Positions 29,661-45,004 of a stretch of DNA of 64,000 nt are shown here, piece after piece. Each line of letters starts with the position of its first letter. Position 1 is the stretch's first letter. The notes under the pieces were generated by a model, which saw nothing but the letters and a program-made list of their open reading frames with translations, searched no databases and was not told the DNA's origin. The translations under genes were made by a program, and so were the position numbers. The stretch comes from Octopus vulgaris (lineage: Eukaryota). The stretch covers positions 87,606,001-87,670,000 of the forward strand of contig OX597825.1 of NCBI GenBank assembly GCA_951406725.2, written 5' to 3'.

Positions 29661-29986
29661 GGGGGGGGCTTTCTGTGTTTTATATATGTATATTTTATAT
29701 ACGTGCGAATGTTGATGTTATATTACTATATAACTAAATGGTTATGAAACTGTAAGCGAATGGAATATACATCCATTCTATCAGCCCTTCGCGTCCCTTG
29801 TCTGTTTTATTCATAAGCATACTCCCCACCATTGCAACTCCTGGAATTTAACCACGCTGATTCATGTTAGCCAAGCACCTGACAGAGAGCCGAATGGGAG
29901 CTCTGCTTGATTCTTTGTATCTTTGCTATTACGACGCACACACACACACTTACATATATACATACATATATATGTATGTGTGTATA

Positions 29987-30027
<41 letters not shown>

Positions 30028-30044
30028 TTATATATATATAAACC

Positions 30045-30246
30045 TCTGTAAATGGCTGATGATTGCTCAACATTTTAAAACTGTTGTAATACTTACAATG
30101 TACGATCGTACAATGTACGATCGTACCAAATTACCGAAGATATTCTTGTTGCTTATTTTGATTATAATCACCCCATGGATTTATATGGATAACACCATAC
30201 AAAATTCTGGTGCATCTGACTTAAGTACCATATTCATTTGAATCTC
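30045..30246 (+). mobile_element. Penelope-type terminal-repeat fragment with an inactivated hammerhead
   Basis: tgg-CTGATGA-ttgctcaac..cgatcgTA-cca (stem I tgg/cca). The GAAA segment is replaced by a 15-nt duplication tacaatgtacgatcg. Confidence 0.7.
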
Positions 30247-30247
30247 C

Positions 30248-30297
<50 letters not shown>

Positions 30298-32334
30298 TTG
30301 CATGTGTTACATCACACTTCAAACATGTTGTTTGAAGCAATTCTATATGATTGATAAAACATTAAGGAAGCACCAGTATCGGTAGCAGACATGTGGAACT
30401 ATTTTCAAAAAGTTCTTTGTCGTAATATCGTAATATATTTTAGAATTGATTTCACTCATACATAAATAAGTCGGAAGTGCAGTAGCCCAACGGGGAATCC
30501 ACTGCAGCAGGCCTTCATTCTGGTGAAACATTTCCTTTGAAATTTTTATTGTTATCCTAGACATAGTGTCTTGAAAATATTCTAAACAAATATGTGATAA
30601 CAATTTCAATCATTTTATTACTTGCTTTATTTTTGCTTTGAAAGTATTATTTTCTGTATCACGTGATCGATGTCGCTGTAAAAGCAATAAATATTACATG
30701 TGACCTTTTTCAAATGCAGGAATTCTGCTGTTGTTTTACAATTTTACTGGTTTTTGTTTTATAGTTTTCTGTTAATTATTTTCATTCACGAAAATTATGT
30801 TGTTTTTCCCTACCGCCAAATTCTAGATTCCTTAGAAACGGAAGCAGATTTATAATGTTGTTGGTGTGTATTTCGATATTCCTTCGTTTAAGTTGGGAAT
30901 AAATCGCTAGAAAAGCTAATAAAAATGTGATGCTTCTTTGTTCCTGTTTGGCTTAAAGCTTTCATCTTGCATATTTTATCGGAACAGCCAGAAGCTGAAA
31001 CTCTATTTAAATAAACCGGCAACACATCTCACATATTTTCAAAGATTTAATTTCATACAATTATTGTTATATATTTGATTCTTGTTCTCATATGAAAAAC
31101 AAAAGAACACAAATTGAAATGGTTAATTCTTTGAAATAACGCCTGTAGAATTCTATTTCCTTCTAATAATAGTTATAACCGGCCATAATATAACTGCTGT
31201 TGTTATTGATGGTATAATCATCAGAAAGGATGCATCCTACAGTAGTATTTACTGATGTACATTTGACAATACAGAAATATATAAACGGACATGATATAAA
31301 AACCTATCGCTTTGGAATATGCAAAATACAAACATACATAAACACATATCTACATACATACTAGATTTTTACAACCTTCTCAATAACAAGTTAATAAATG
31401 TTTAGAGTATCAAAAGCCTGCGTCTCGACTCAACATGCGAAATAATATACGTAAGTCAGATATATGACATCAAACAACAAAAAAAATCAATTTTGTATTG
31501 AGCCAAGTCATGTTTCTGCAAAGCCGACTCGTGATTTGTTCTATCAGCAGGCTTCAATACAGGTGACACCAGTGACTGCATAACACTAATCTCGCAACTT
31601 GCTTTCATTTGGATACCATTGGAGAGGATCGAGGTAGAAAGTCTAACATAATGGAGAGTGCGAAGTGCTAAAAATTCGGTGCGAGTGATATTTGTCTGGT
31701 GGGATCTTTTCCTAAAATCGAATCGATTGAAAAGGTTGTTGCGGTCGTTCACGAAAAAGTCTGCTCAACTGGCCTGGAAACGGTGCTCAGTTAGATGGGG
31801 ATGGGGGTGACCAAACTCCGAAAAGCAATCCCGATTGTTGTGACGCCGTGTGGATGTGTGAAGGGCGCACATCGTATACACACTTGAAACATTATTAAAT
31901 TAAAATAGCCCGCTATGTATCATTCACTACGTATATACAGTATTGACAAGCCAGTAACTGCTGCATTTGTCTGAGGTAACATTTCTTATGGACATGCTGT
32001 GTTTAAAAACACAATAAAAATCGGAGTGTGATTGGTGAGTGTTCCCATCAGTCATAGGATCCAACTAGGATAAAATGTGTGAGAGTTTTCCGCTCGACGC
32101 TGCTGTGGTAACTTTCTGTCTCACCCAGTTATGTATTACGTTTTTATTCACGATACATTATAAGACGTGTTAGCTTAAAAGAAGGCCGCAGTTACATGCT
32201 TGCTAATGATTTATATGCATAATTTTCAATAAGCATAGCAATTGTACACACACACACTCACATATGTATATGTATATACATGCACACACACATAGGTAAA
32301 TGAATAGATAGATAGATAGATAGGTAGAGATAGA

Positions 32335-32566
32335 AGGCGGTGAGCTGGCAGAAACGTTAGCACGCCGGGCGAAATGCGTAGCCGTATTTCGTCTGCCGTT
32401 ACGTTCTGAGTTCGAATTCCGCCGAGGTCGACTTTGCCTTTCATCCTTTCGGGGTCGATAAATTAAGTACCAGTTACGCACTGAGGTCGATGTAATCGAC
32501 TTAATCCGTTTGTCTGTCCTTGTTTGTCCCATCTGTGTTTAGCCACTTGTGGGTAGTAAATAAATA
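32335..32566 (+). mobile_element. Full-length SINE family S2
   Basis: Box A-like agctggcagaa, box B gagttcgaattcc, central gcctttcatcctttcggggtcgataaattaagtacc resembling the Meta-type SINE core. Other copies near 21440, 39470, 40690, 50250, 61460 and 63555. Confidence 0.85.
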
Positions 32567-34487
32567 GATAGAGATAAAGATAGATAGATAGATAGATAGA
32601 GAGAGATAGAGAGAGTGGGAGAGAGTAAGAGAGATCGACACGCATGTAATTGCGGTTACAATGGAAAATAAGCTGATGCGAAATAATTTGCAACATTAAG
32701 TTTCCCTTCCGTGACTAAATATATTATTGATTGGAAACGTATATTTGTTGTTGCGATCATGTTTCTAGGGAATCTCATATTGCTACACTTTACATATTTT
32801 AAATTAGGAAAGTCAGATTTTTTGCATTATAACAATAACAGGGATCGACAAAAGAATTTCGGAATCGGTAAAATTCTTGAATATAGATATGATTCATTAT
32901 GGGTTTTTATAAGTATCATATTCATATATACATATATACATGTATGTGTATATATATATATACATATATACATGTATGTATATATATATATATATATAAT
33001 AGAAATATGTTACAAAAAGAAAATAGAAACTACACGTGGTAATGTAAGGGGAAAATAAGATAAATAAACGAAAATGCACATTGCAAATAAAGAAAAAGTA
33101 AAGGTTTTTTTATGAAAAATAACGAAAGATATATACAATTAGATGAACTAAGGTAGGAATATATATAATATATATATATGCATAAAACAATTTTTGTATG
33201 CGCTTCTAAGAGCCTCTATCAAGCGAAGTAACATTAAGGGGAATGAATGCATTGTATATCTGCCAGTTGTGGTGTAAAAATAGAATAGTATGGTGTGCAA
33301 TTAAGCATGAAAAGTCTGAAGCTATATCTCGGGATATCATCAAGTTTACGTAAAATGGCAATATTTCCGAGAAATGCTGGTCTGACTTAACACGTAGCAC
33401 GTGCTTAATAATTCTAGATATTGCGATTTTGTGAAATCAGAGACTGTGCAAATATTTTGCAATGTAAGATTTGATGCATATTGTTGATATAATTTATTTT
33501 ATATTTTTTAAACTGTTGATGTGGAAATATTCACCCATTTTGTTTCGAAAACGGCAAGCAATTTAAAAATAAACAGATGAAGCAATTCTTGGTGAAATTA
33601 CTGGGAATTGCTACTTAAGGGAATCAATGAGAAACCATTATCGAAGAGTAGAAAGAGGATATAAATATTTCTATATAATTCTTTTCATGAGATAAACTCC
33701 TTAATGTCTCTGGTAGCTGTAGATAGTACTATTTCGTCCTCTTGCTGTGCTCGTCAGAATGATTTAACGCGAGATTTTAAAATGAGCTAATCTGAAGTAT
33801 TAAAAATTAAAAAAAAAAAACCGATCCGTTTTTACCTCTTGTAACATCAGGAGAAAGTTGGGAAGAGCGTTAGACGGAGCCAGAGGGAAAAAGAGCTCTG
33901 ACATGGACTTCAAATATCTTTCAAATATCTTTTTTTTTAATTGTCGTAGCATAGATTTGTCTTGTGTAATTAGATTTGTTTAATTTATTATTTGTAATTT
34001 GCATTATACCCATATTTATATGATATTCAACTGACGGACCAGTGAAGTGGATGTTTTACACCACCCCTTTGAAGGAATTTGTTTCCTTAGTTATATATAT
34101 ATATATACATATTTTGCCAATATAAATTTATGGATGATTTGGGTATAAATCTTTATGGTAAATATAAATATGCAGGGAGCATTAGCCGAGCATCAGCCGT
34201 TCGACTAGTCACCACTGACGATGTCTACGGTGTAGAGACGAATCTACGCCTAATCACTTTTTCTAAAGTTAGAAACGTCTAATTAGTAAAGTAGAGAAAT
34301 TATCAGAAAAGTCACTTCTATTCATTTTTTGGTTCTAATATAATAGAACTGTATCAAGGACTTTCTATTTGTTACTCCACTCTATATATTATGACTGATT
34401 CATCTTAAGAGATGATAGCCGTCCCAGCAACACTCACTCACCACATCCCATCACACAGCACAATCCTTCCGTTGTTGATCTATCAGG

Positions 34488-34508
34488 TGACTTTTATGAC
34501 CAGCTGCC

Positions 34509-34562
<54 letters not shown>

Positions 34563-34583
34563 GGCAGCTGGTCATAAAAGTCA
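34488..34583. repeat. Perfect 96-bp palindrome: 25-bp unique arms around (TA)n
   Basis: tgacttttatgaccagctgccgaca-(TA)n-tgtcggcagctggtcataaaagtca. Confidence 0.95.
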
Positions 34584-34711
34584 TATATATAATATTAATT
34601 AGAGACAAAACCACTACTTTGCAAATCAAACAAAGAAAGACTTAATCCAGTACATAAAAAAATTTAATATAAATTAAATAAAATTAAATTCGCCACTACA
34701 ATTCCCTAATA

Positions 34712-34802
<91 letters not shown>

Positions 34803-34893
34803 CACACACACAGACCAACATGTTTATATGTGCGTGTGTGCGTGTGTGTGTGTATGTGTGTGTGTACGTGTTTGTAATTAAAATAAAGGTGAG

Positions 34894-35215
34894 GGCGCGT
34901 GGCTTAGTGGTTAGGGCATTCGGCTCATGATCGTAAGGTTGTGAGTTCGATTCCCGGCGACGCGTTGTGTCCTTGAGCAAGACACTTTATTTCACGTTGC
35001 TCCAGTCCACTCAGCTGGCAAAAATGAGTTGTACTTGTATTTCAAAGGGTCAGACTTGTCACTCTCTGTGTCACGCTGATTATCTCCGAGAACTACGTTA
35101 AGGGTACACGTGTCTGTGGAATGCTCAGCCATTTGCACGTTAATTTCACGAGCAAGCTGTTCCGTTGATCGTATCAGCTGGGACCCTCGTCGTCGTAACC
35201 GGCGGAGTCTTTAAT
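34894..35215 (+). mobile_element. Full-length tRNA-derived SINE family S1
   Basis: Box A tggcttagtgg and box B gagttcgattccc; homologues at 22420, 29340, 55330-55530 and 57290. Confidence 0.85.
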
Positions 35216-36165
35216 TAACATAAGACCCACCAAAAAATTATTGATATTTCAAGTCCCTAAATTTGTTTCTACAATGTAATTTTGCGCATTTTATATGTTG
35301 TCTTCGTGTTTATTCGAATGTATATAATCGGGTATATTGCTTGTTTATGTGTGTTCTCTGATTAAGAAGTTCATATACTTAGTTACGCATGAGTATATGG
35401 GTTACAACTCTGTGGGGATTGTGTGTATTGGGGGGGTGTTGTGTGTATGGGGTGTGTTGTGTGTATGGCGGGTGTTGTGTGTATGGGGGTGTGTTGGTGT
35501 TGAATTCTACCAATCGTATGTAATGTCTTCATCTAGGAGACGAAGTAAGCGTTAACAACAGCACTTCTTACCGTATGAAGTCTACTCTAACGACAGCAGT
35601 TATGTCAGGGCCAAAATAATCTTGTACTTGGCGCTGATGTGTGTTAATGCTTTTAATTCTTCTAATGTATTTGTAGTCTGAAACCTTTGAACTAGAGGTA
35701 TCGTGCCATGTCAACCGGATTTATTTTTGTATTTATTTCCCTATCACATTTTTAGTCCAAAACTAAGACAATTTTTCAGATTTTTATTTTCTTTATATTT
35801 TTATTGGTTATCTTCTTTTTGCTTGGTTGTCCTTTTCTGGTGTATAAGCGCTATATTTTGACTGGTTTTGGTATTTCAATAACTTCATCTGAAAAGAGGG
35901 TGTACAAATATTTCTATAGATATAGAAATTATAAAATAATTGAAACAAACTCTATGAAAGATTTCAAATATCAAAAGTTTATATTTTTATCATTATTTCG
36001 ATTTATTAGGCCGCTTTTCTGCGTTATCTCTTTCTGCAAATATTCACAGCTTTATGCTTAGCCAAGCATGCAAAATCTAAATATAAGAGTGTAATATAGC
36101 ATGGGTATTCATGTAAGGTTTCGTACGTACGTTCGTCATTTTATATATCTCCATCTATATATCTA

Positions 36166-36275
<110 letters not shown>

Positions 36276-36964
36276 CATGAGTGCATATAACTTACGCATG
36301 TTTTCTTTTCACATGCACTTAAAATTGTGAAATACTTTAAATTTGACGAAGACATTCTAAGAAGGGTGCTGTTTCAAACAACACAGCTTGCCGTATCACT
36401 CAATATATGTGATGGGTTCGGCATGCGATTGGTCTTGACGAATTCATAATTCTCAAGCAATTACTTTATGGTTAATTAGTTCCAGTGAAGAATTTCCAAA
36501 CCAAACTAGAGATTTCATGATAACGCGCAAGATATACTGAAGGCATTCGACGTTATCTCTGTTAACTGCGAGCAGCTCATATTAAATAGTAGTGAAAGTA
36601 GGTTTTCTAATTATGAACAATAACCTTCAGTTGGAGAAATATTCAATAATCTTTCATAGAAATATCTGCAATTATTCTAAACTGCCGATGTTTGAATTCT
36701 GCATGACAGGTGTGCGCAAATTGTCCAGGTTGTCCTCCACGCCAGTTTATGTGAAGAGAACAGCTCAAAAGGTTTATGTACATATACAACTGTCAGCTCC
36801 AATAGTACTCTGTGTTGTTGTAAGGTTGTAAGATTGTTATCATTGTACTACCCGTTTACAATTCCATTTGGGAAAACGAAGTTAGCTAGTAATTCAATGG
36901 TCTGCGGTACATGTACATATATATATATATATATATATATGTACATACACTCAAGTATATATAA

Positions 36965-37017
<53 letters not shown>

Positions 37018-37020
<3 letters not shown>

Positions 37021-37810
37021 GATTCGTTTGGTTTCGCTTTGTTTCTTCTTCTCTAAGCTAGTTTTTATATATAATTATGACGCGAAACCCTATAACTCCT
37101 TCTTCTCTCTTTCTTTCACCCTCTTTTGCTTCCTTCCTCTCTATCTCTCTCTCTCAATCCTCCTCATCTCTCTCACAGCCGGGTCAACGAACTTCCTTTC
37201 GCTGGCAGCCTTATTCAAGTAAACATGTTTCTTCCTGCGCTCGTGAAAAATTTTTTTCCTCGTCTAGGCTTATAGGCTCTCTTTATTTGTTTCCCTGTCC
37301 TGTTTCTATTCCTTCTTGTACTGTATTTTTTGTAATTGTATTTTTATTTTGTATTTGTTTTTAATTGTATTGTTTTACGTCCTGTTTTTGTCACATTTTT
37401 TTCCTTGTTTTTACCCCTCTGCAAAGGAATTTTATTTAATTCCTTCGCAAGAAGGACTATTTCGACGAGACGTGTTCTGTCCTCACCTTTGAAACACGCT
37501 GGAGTTGAACTAGGGACGGCTGATGAAGGGGATTTTTCCTTGAGTAGTTGTCTTGTACTCTGTTTTTTTCGTTCCATGCTGTTTTTACGTTTTCGTTTCT
37601 CGTTGAGTTCTACGTCTATTTGTGGTGTCCTGTACACACGTATATATATTTATATATGCATGTATATATACATGTAGATGTAGGTACGTACATATATGTT
37701 TGTATGTATGCATATATTTTATTTATTACACTATTGTATGACTGAGCGCCTTCGCGTCGATTCGATTCGATTCGTTTGGTTTGGTTTCGTTTCTTCTTCT
37801 TCTCTAAGCT

Positions 37811-37820
<10 letters not shown>
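37018..37820 (+). mobile_element. Non-coding terminally redundant element in (TA)n (unit ~750 bp)
   Basis: Direct repeat ttcgattcgtttggttt..cttcttctctaagct.gttt at 37018-37072 and 37766-37820; CT-rich body; 37400-37750 is homologous to 49046-49385 (-). Confidence 0.75.
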
Positions 37821-37851
<31 letters not shown>

Positions 37852-37936
37852 TGAAGCATACACACACAAACACAAATATGCACAGATAAATGAGTATATA
37901 AATATGCATATATATATACTTATATTGATATGTATA

Positions 37937-37971
<35 letters not shown>

Positions 37972-37993
37972 TCGTACATATCCGTACATACAT

Positions 37994-38047
<54 letters not shown>

Positions 38048-41000
38048 ATGTACCTGTATATACGTACGGATATGTACGTAGAGATATATGCATACAAGCA
38101 TTTATATATGGACTTTCACCCAATATGTTTAAGTGGAAGAACGCATTTAGGATATTTTCGCGAGGAAGGTTGATGACAGTAGGTGACCTGAAACTTCGAA
38201 GTTACTGTTGAACATTTTCTTGTAAAAATATTACATGCATGCGTGTGTGTGTGCGTATGTCTATAAAAACGTGTGTATGGATGCGGAAATGCGTTACTAA
38301 TTTTAAAGGGAGATTCGTGCTAAAGAATATGTAACCTTAAGTTTCACTCCGATGAACACATATGCTATTGATTTAGACGAACATTTGTTGCTATCGTGTT
38401 TCTAGGGAATCCCATATTGCCTATGCTTTACATATATTAAACTATAAAAATCCGAAGTTTTGCATATGATAATAATAAAAGGGCTCTACAAAAGAATTTC
38501 TGAACTGTTAAACTTTTGAATATAGAAATGGTTCATTATCGGCTCTACATGTAAGAAATATATATATATAAAAAGAATCATTAACATAGGAATGTATTTC
38601 GAAAATGCTTTATTGACGGAAGTAGCAGTTACGGTAATGAATACATTATAAACCGAAGCAATGAAGCGTAAAAGTAGGATAAAAAAGGAACGAGCAAAAA
38701 ACTTCCGGTGATATTTCTGGTTTTATCTTTAAGATTATTTACACTGTGAATATTTTCGTAAAGAAACGCTTTCGAAATCTGCACGAACAATTTTGAATGA
38801 AATACGGAGGCTGAGAAAAACAAAAACAAGCATAAAAGACTGCAGTTTTAAGATTTCTATTATAAAAAGTTAACATTTGGGTTTAAGATGGGAATACTTT
38901 TTTATACATTACGTAGCAAATTATTGACCTCTTGTTTACTGAAATGATGCGACCTTCTTTGATTATAATATATTTCTACCAAATTTTCTCAGACAATGTT
39001 AATTATAGAATGTGTGTTCAGTGATGGGAATTTTTTATTAAAATGTGGATGGTTAATGGAATCTAATTCTTGGAGGTTTATGATATGGTTTAGCTGCAAA
39101 AGTCTTATCCGCAGATACTAGCTGCCATGTAGCACGAAACTTCAAACCACAGAGAAGTTACCTTATCAATAGACATTTAAACAAGTCTTTTCTACGTGGA
39201 CCCAGAATTGTTTCTCTGCAATGAATAGAACACTTAAATGTTTCTGTTAATCCGTGCATTCTATATTCAAACTTCATTTCCCTGGGAAATACAGAATATG
39301 TAGCTAAATAAGTAATCATGAAGCAAGAACCATACAGCCACTCACCAAGCAACTTGTAAAGCTAGCCATCCTGAAATAGGTGTACGTCTAAGGAAATCTC
39401 TATGAGCTTTTACAAAGCGTCGTAACTTCCGCCTGTCAATCAAGGGAGCGCTATACTATAAGTTTCAAATCTTAGCACAAAACCTTCAAGTTTTGGGGGA
39501 AGAGGTGAATTGAATAGGCCATTGCTCAACTGGTACCTCTTTTTTCAACTCTGATGGAAGGTAAAGTCGGCCTGGACAGAGTTTGATCTGAGAACGTCAA
39601 TACGGACGTAATGCTGCCAAGCATTTTACCTGCCATGCTAACGATTCTGCCAACTCGTCGTCTTCACATCACTTCTAATATAAAAGAGAGGTAAATGAGA
39701 TATTACTGGTACTTCTTTTGACATATTGAATCTGCACACACACACACACATACACACACACACAGATCTCGTTCCAATTATGATATTTTCATTTTAGGAA
39801 TAATGTCATCACCTCTTTCCCAAGATCATCGAGTACAAATATATACCTGTATTGCTGGCCAGTAAGGATGTAACAACCCGGACGAATTGCTTGTTAGAGT
39901 TATAAGCGAAAGAAAGAACTCCTTAAAATCTAAAATTCCCATCGGGAAAGATGAAAACGTGCGGTGACCCATCAAAAATGCCGTTTCGAAATCTATTTTC
40001 TCAATGTTCTTTTAGTTGAGACTTATCTTGATTTATTTGTCGTAAGGTGAATCCACTCAGACTACAACCGGTGTAGTCAGAACTTTTCCCCGCCAAACAT
40101 TTCAATGTTCTTGTCTCTTCAGAAATATCCTAACTATTCTTATCTCTTCTGTACACGAATGTGATAACTGGCTGCCGTGAGTGTCATCTCAAATAATTAC
40201 AGACACACTCTACCTGCAAACTAACAACAAATTCCTCGTTTCAAACATTTCGAACATAATGTCATTATCGCCTGGCACTGCCTTACACTCTTGCTTCACT
40301 AACAAAGTTTCTGTTGAGCTACGACTTTAGTCTTTCCTGTATCAAGTCCATGTATATCTCGCCTATGAAGGAAAGTGTCATTGTGCAATGATCCTCAGCT
40401 TAGAGCTTGCACTCTACAGTATTCTCGCTCTGATCTCTCTTTTCCTCTCTAGGTTATACCTTTCACGCAGTTTGTTTCTCACATTAAATTCCGGCTTTTT
40501 CTGTCAAATTTAACAATACACATACCTATTCAGATAAGTACATTCTTGCGTATATTTGCTCTGCAATAAATAGGAGTTAGATCTGACGCGTGTTCCACTC
40601 TAACGTCTGTACAAATATATACAATAAACACAAATAACACGAATCATTTGCATACAATTATGACTTATCCTAACGCAGTTGGTATTACGCATGTTGCAAA
40701 GACGGCATCTGTGGAAATCATTCGGACGCCGGACGAAATGCTTGACATTTGTTCTGGCTTTACGTTCCGATTTCAGAACTTACCGAGGTTATTTATTCTT
40801 TTTATCCTTTCAGAGTCAACAGAATAAAGCATCAGTCAAGCGAGCGATCTGAAGAAATCGACAAAATCCTCCCCTAAAAACCCTGAAATTGCTGGGATTC
40901 TGCCAAAATTTGAAACATTGCTATGGAAATAGCGAAGGAAAAAATCGAAACTTCATGTAATACACGGAAAAAGAAATAACGAGTGGATGTTTTCCTCAAA

Positions 41001-42230
41001 ACTAGAATTAGAACCTGTTCAATTCATGCCATTCTAATAACATATTTGTTATTTCTACATGAAAAAAAAAAAGAGACATAAAGTAAATGATTTCTACTCT
41101 ACCGTTAACGACAACATATATTTTGTGTGTTATATATTTCAATTATGTCTTGCCAATACACTAAATATCTAATAAGATTCATAAAATACAATAAATGACG
41201 CACATTACATGGGTAAAATTTTACTATTAACTGTTGTAGTACTTAATAATAGCTTACCATTGACGGCTGTTTTGTAGACTGACGTGAAGCCCAGAGATAA
41301 TACTTTCCGATAATTATGGCGTAAGAAGACACGTTTTCCTCCACCATGAGAAATTATACTACTGAAATATAAACATTGGCAGTCGAACTTTCCGGCGTTT
41401 GTGACATTCATTAATCATTATATTTCAGAATCTGATTTGTTTCATAAATCGGCATTCTACCAGTGATAAATATTTGAAGGGTAGTAGAGCAGATGTCGAT
41501 TAGTCGCTGCCAGAGATAAGATTTCATTCGACTGGCAGTAAACAATTGTTAGTCACCGTGCAATGATATTTCGACACAATCATATAGTTGCAAATTGGGT
41601 ACCGATTTATAGAAAAAAAAAATTAAATCGATGGCTATTTATGCCAATAAGATCGAAATTTATTGGCAGAAATACGAACATTCTGCAAAAATGTAGGATG
41701 AGTTGATTAACAATTAAATCTCATACATACGGAACAGATCAAAACGAAAGAGAAGAGAGAGAGAGAGAGAGATTAGTAAGTCTCTGTGTAAAAAGGAGTA
41801 ATAATACAATATGAGAAGTAAAAGAAAAAAAAAGGAAGAAAAGAAATGTACGCCTGACTATTAAGAAGAACATAACGTTTGAAAGAATGTAAGAAAAACA
41901 AGAGAGACATTTTAAAAGTCAGAAGGAAACGGGAAAGTAATAAAAGCAGAGAGTGGATGTGAAGAGAGCTGCAACTTTATTCGGAAATGAAGACACAAAA
42001 CAAAGGGAAAAAAAACAAAAGTACAATAGTATCCTTTCGCCCCCAAACTGCTAATAATACACATCAAACTGCTCACGTAGTAAATCTTCTGAGTCTGTCT
42101 GATGATACAAATAATTGATCTGCCCTAAATCTGAGGCAGAATAAAAAGAAAACACTAAAACAGTAAACAGATAAATCAAATTCCAATGCAATCTTTCGGT
42201 TTACAATATTGAAATACACTCTTTATACAC

Positions 42231-42313
<83 letters not shown>

Positions 42314-42861
42314 TATAAGTTATTTTTCTTTCATTTGTTTCAGTCATTCGACTGCGGCCATGCGGGAGCAACGACTTTGGACGAACACATCGACCCCAGG
42401 ACTTATTCTTTGTAAGCCTAGTACTTACTCTATCGGTTACTTTTGCCGAACCGCTATGTTACAGGTACGTAAACACACCAACATCTGTTATAAAGCAATG
42501 GTGGTGGTGGTGGGGACAGAAACGCAGACACACAAATACAGTCGTACCTCGCAATAGAGAAAGCGGAAGCACCGAAGTATTTTGTTCTATTTTGTCTTTG
42601 TTATCGAACACATTCGCTAGGTTTCTTACAAAAAATATAATGCTCTTAGCTTAGACTTTTTTGGGGGGCGGGGGGAGGTTCAACCTGATCGAACAGTCGC
42701 AAGGGTAACTGTCCGAAACTGCAACAAAATCTGATAACTTGACTGACGAAAGAAAGCCACGAATGACCCGTTCTTTTTTCCCCTAATTGTTGTTTTTCCT
42801 GTTCACCTTTGCATCGTCTATCTGTCCGGATGTTTTATTGTTATCAAATTGCGCTTTTGTT

Positions 42862-42987
<126 letters not shown>

Positions 42988-43064
42988 AATATATATATGT
43001 GGATGTGCATATATATTTATCCTAGTTTCAGCTGAAGGGTTGTGGCCATGCTGGGGCACCGTTA

Positions 43065-43513
43065 TTTGCTACCATAGATTACGATCTACCACAGTTCTGA
43101 TATTCCACTCTGACACCCGAAGGTCTTCAGCAATGGATCTCATTGATCTTCTGGGATTTTCATCGATAATGGTTTAAAAATCTATAAATTCCGGTGTCCA
43201 TTTAGTGTCTGGACATTGTGAATGTTTTTTTTTCTCTTTGATACAGGTGAACCATTACCATCATATGTCACCAATTCCAATCGAACTTTGTTCACAAATG
43301 GTCTTGAAACATTTAGAAAGTTGTTAATTTCTAAATCACTGTGGTTTGCACGTATAGCAACTGTGACTGCACGCCTTTTTATTCATTGAGTTAGCATGAC
43401 ATCTTGAAGGGGTTATCCACCCCCGCAAAAAAAGAAACAAAAATGATGCATTAAATAAAATAAAGGTGTAATGAACTAAAAATGAATTGTCCTCAAATAC
43501 CCCTCGCACCCTG
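43065..43513 (-). mobile_element. Tc1/mariner-superfamily transposon 5' fragment
   Basis: End TA-CAGGGTG at 43513. Minus-strand relic MLTQ*IKRRAVTVAIRANHSDLEINNFLNVSRPFVNKVR..IIDENPRRSMRSIAEDLRVSEWNIR (paired HTH region). Confidence 0.8.
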
Positions 43514-43516
43514 TAT

Positions 43517-43598
<82 letters not shown>

Positions 43599-43654
43599 CC
43601 TGGGAAATGGATGCATCGCGTTCAATTAAATAAGTAATAAATATTATATAATGT

Positions 43655-44120
43655 CATCATGGCTCGGCTTCGCGAACGAGTATCAGGAAGGCTGTCCACG
43701 TCGCGTGCATGCACGCTCATGACCGACAAGTCCGATATGGAAAACGCAGATCCGTGAGCAGTGTCCACAGACAAAGGTAACATCCGGTGTGGTGTCAGAG
43801 GCGGATCGCGCCTTCCTCCTGCGTCTCTTGTCTTTAAGTGCGTCTCTTCTTTGTTCCTCAAACTTGTTGACTGCGTTGAAGATCGTGTGGCACCAGACAT
43901 CACGGTCCGCAGCCAGATCTGACCAGCGTTGGAGCGGGCCGAGATCCCAGCATTGAAGCCGCGCTACTGAAGTACCACCTCCGATGGGCAGGGCATGTCT
44001 CCAGAATGGAGAAGCATCGCCTTCCAAAGATTGCCCTGATTGGCGAACTCTCCACCGGTCACCGAGTGAGAGGAGCTCCGAGGAAGCGCTATAAAGATTG
44101 CCTCAAGAGGTCTCTAACAG
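43655..44120 (-). mobile_element. 5'-truncated RTE LINE with an inverted 5' segment and 10-bp TSD
   Basis: Minus 43940-43683: GPLQRWSDLAADR..FVCGHCSRICVFHIGLVGHERAC. Plus 43940-44120: SIEAALLKYHLRWAGHVSRMEKHRLPKIALIGEL..PRKRYKDCLKRSLT. TSD tatataatgt at 43645-43654 and 44121-44130. Confidence 0.92.
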
Positions 44121-44300
44121 TATATAATGTATATACACATATATATGCATATATGGGTACTGGACGTTACCAACGGCGTAAATAACATGAAATGCGTAAA
44201 CAACGAGAAAAAATAGGAAAACAGGACATGTAAAGTTGCATTAGTTGTCGGCTGTCTATCTACTCCTCATTTCGAGCATTCAACAACGTATGTATGTATG

Positions 44301-44354
<54 letters not shown>

Positions 44355-44426
44355 GAAATTCGGGGTGAGTACTTGATAATTGTAAGCACCTGTATATACC
44401 GTTTGGTGGTGTAGGTGGTGGAGTAA

Positions 44427-45004
<578 letters not shown>

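Noticed and set aside
39830-40500. Possible decayed LINE on the minus strand (similar GC-richer patches at 31450-31900 and 58400-58640)
   Set aside because: No motif could be read convincingly enough to assign a family.
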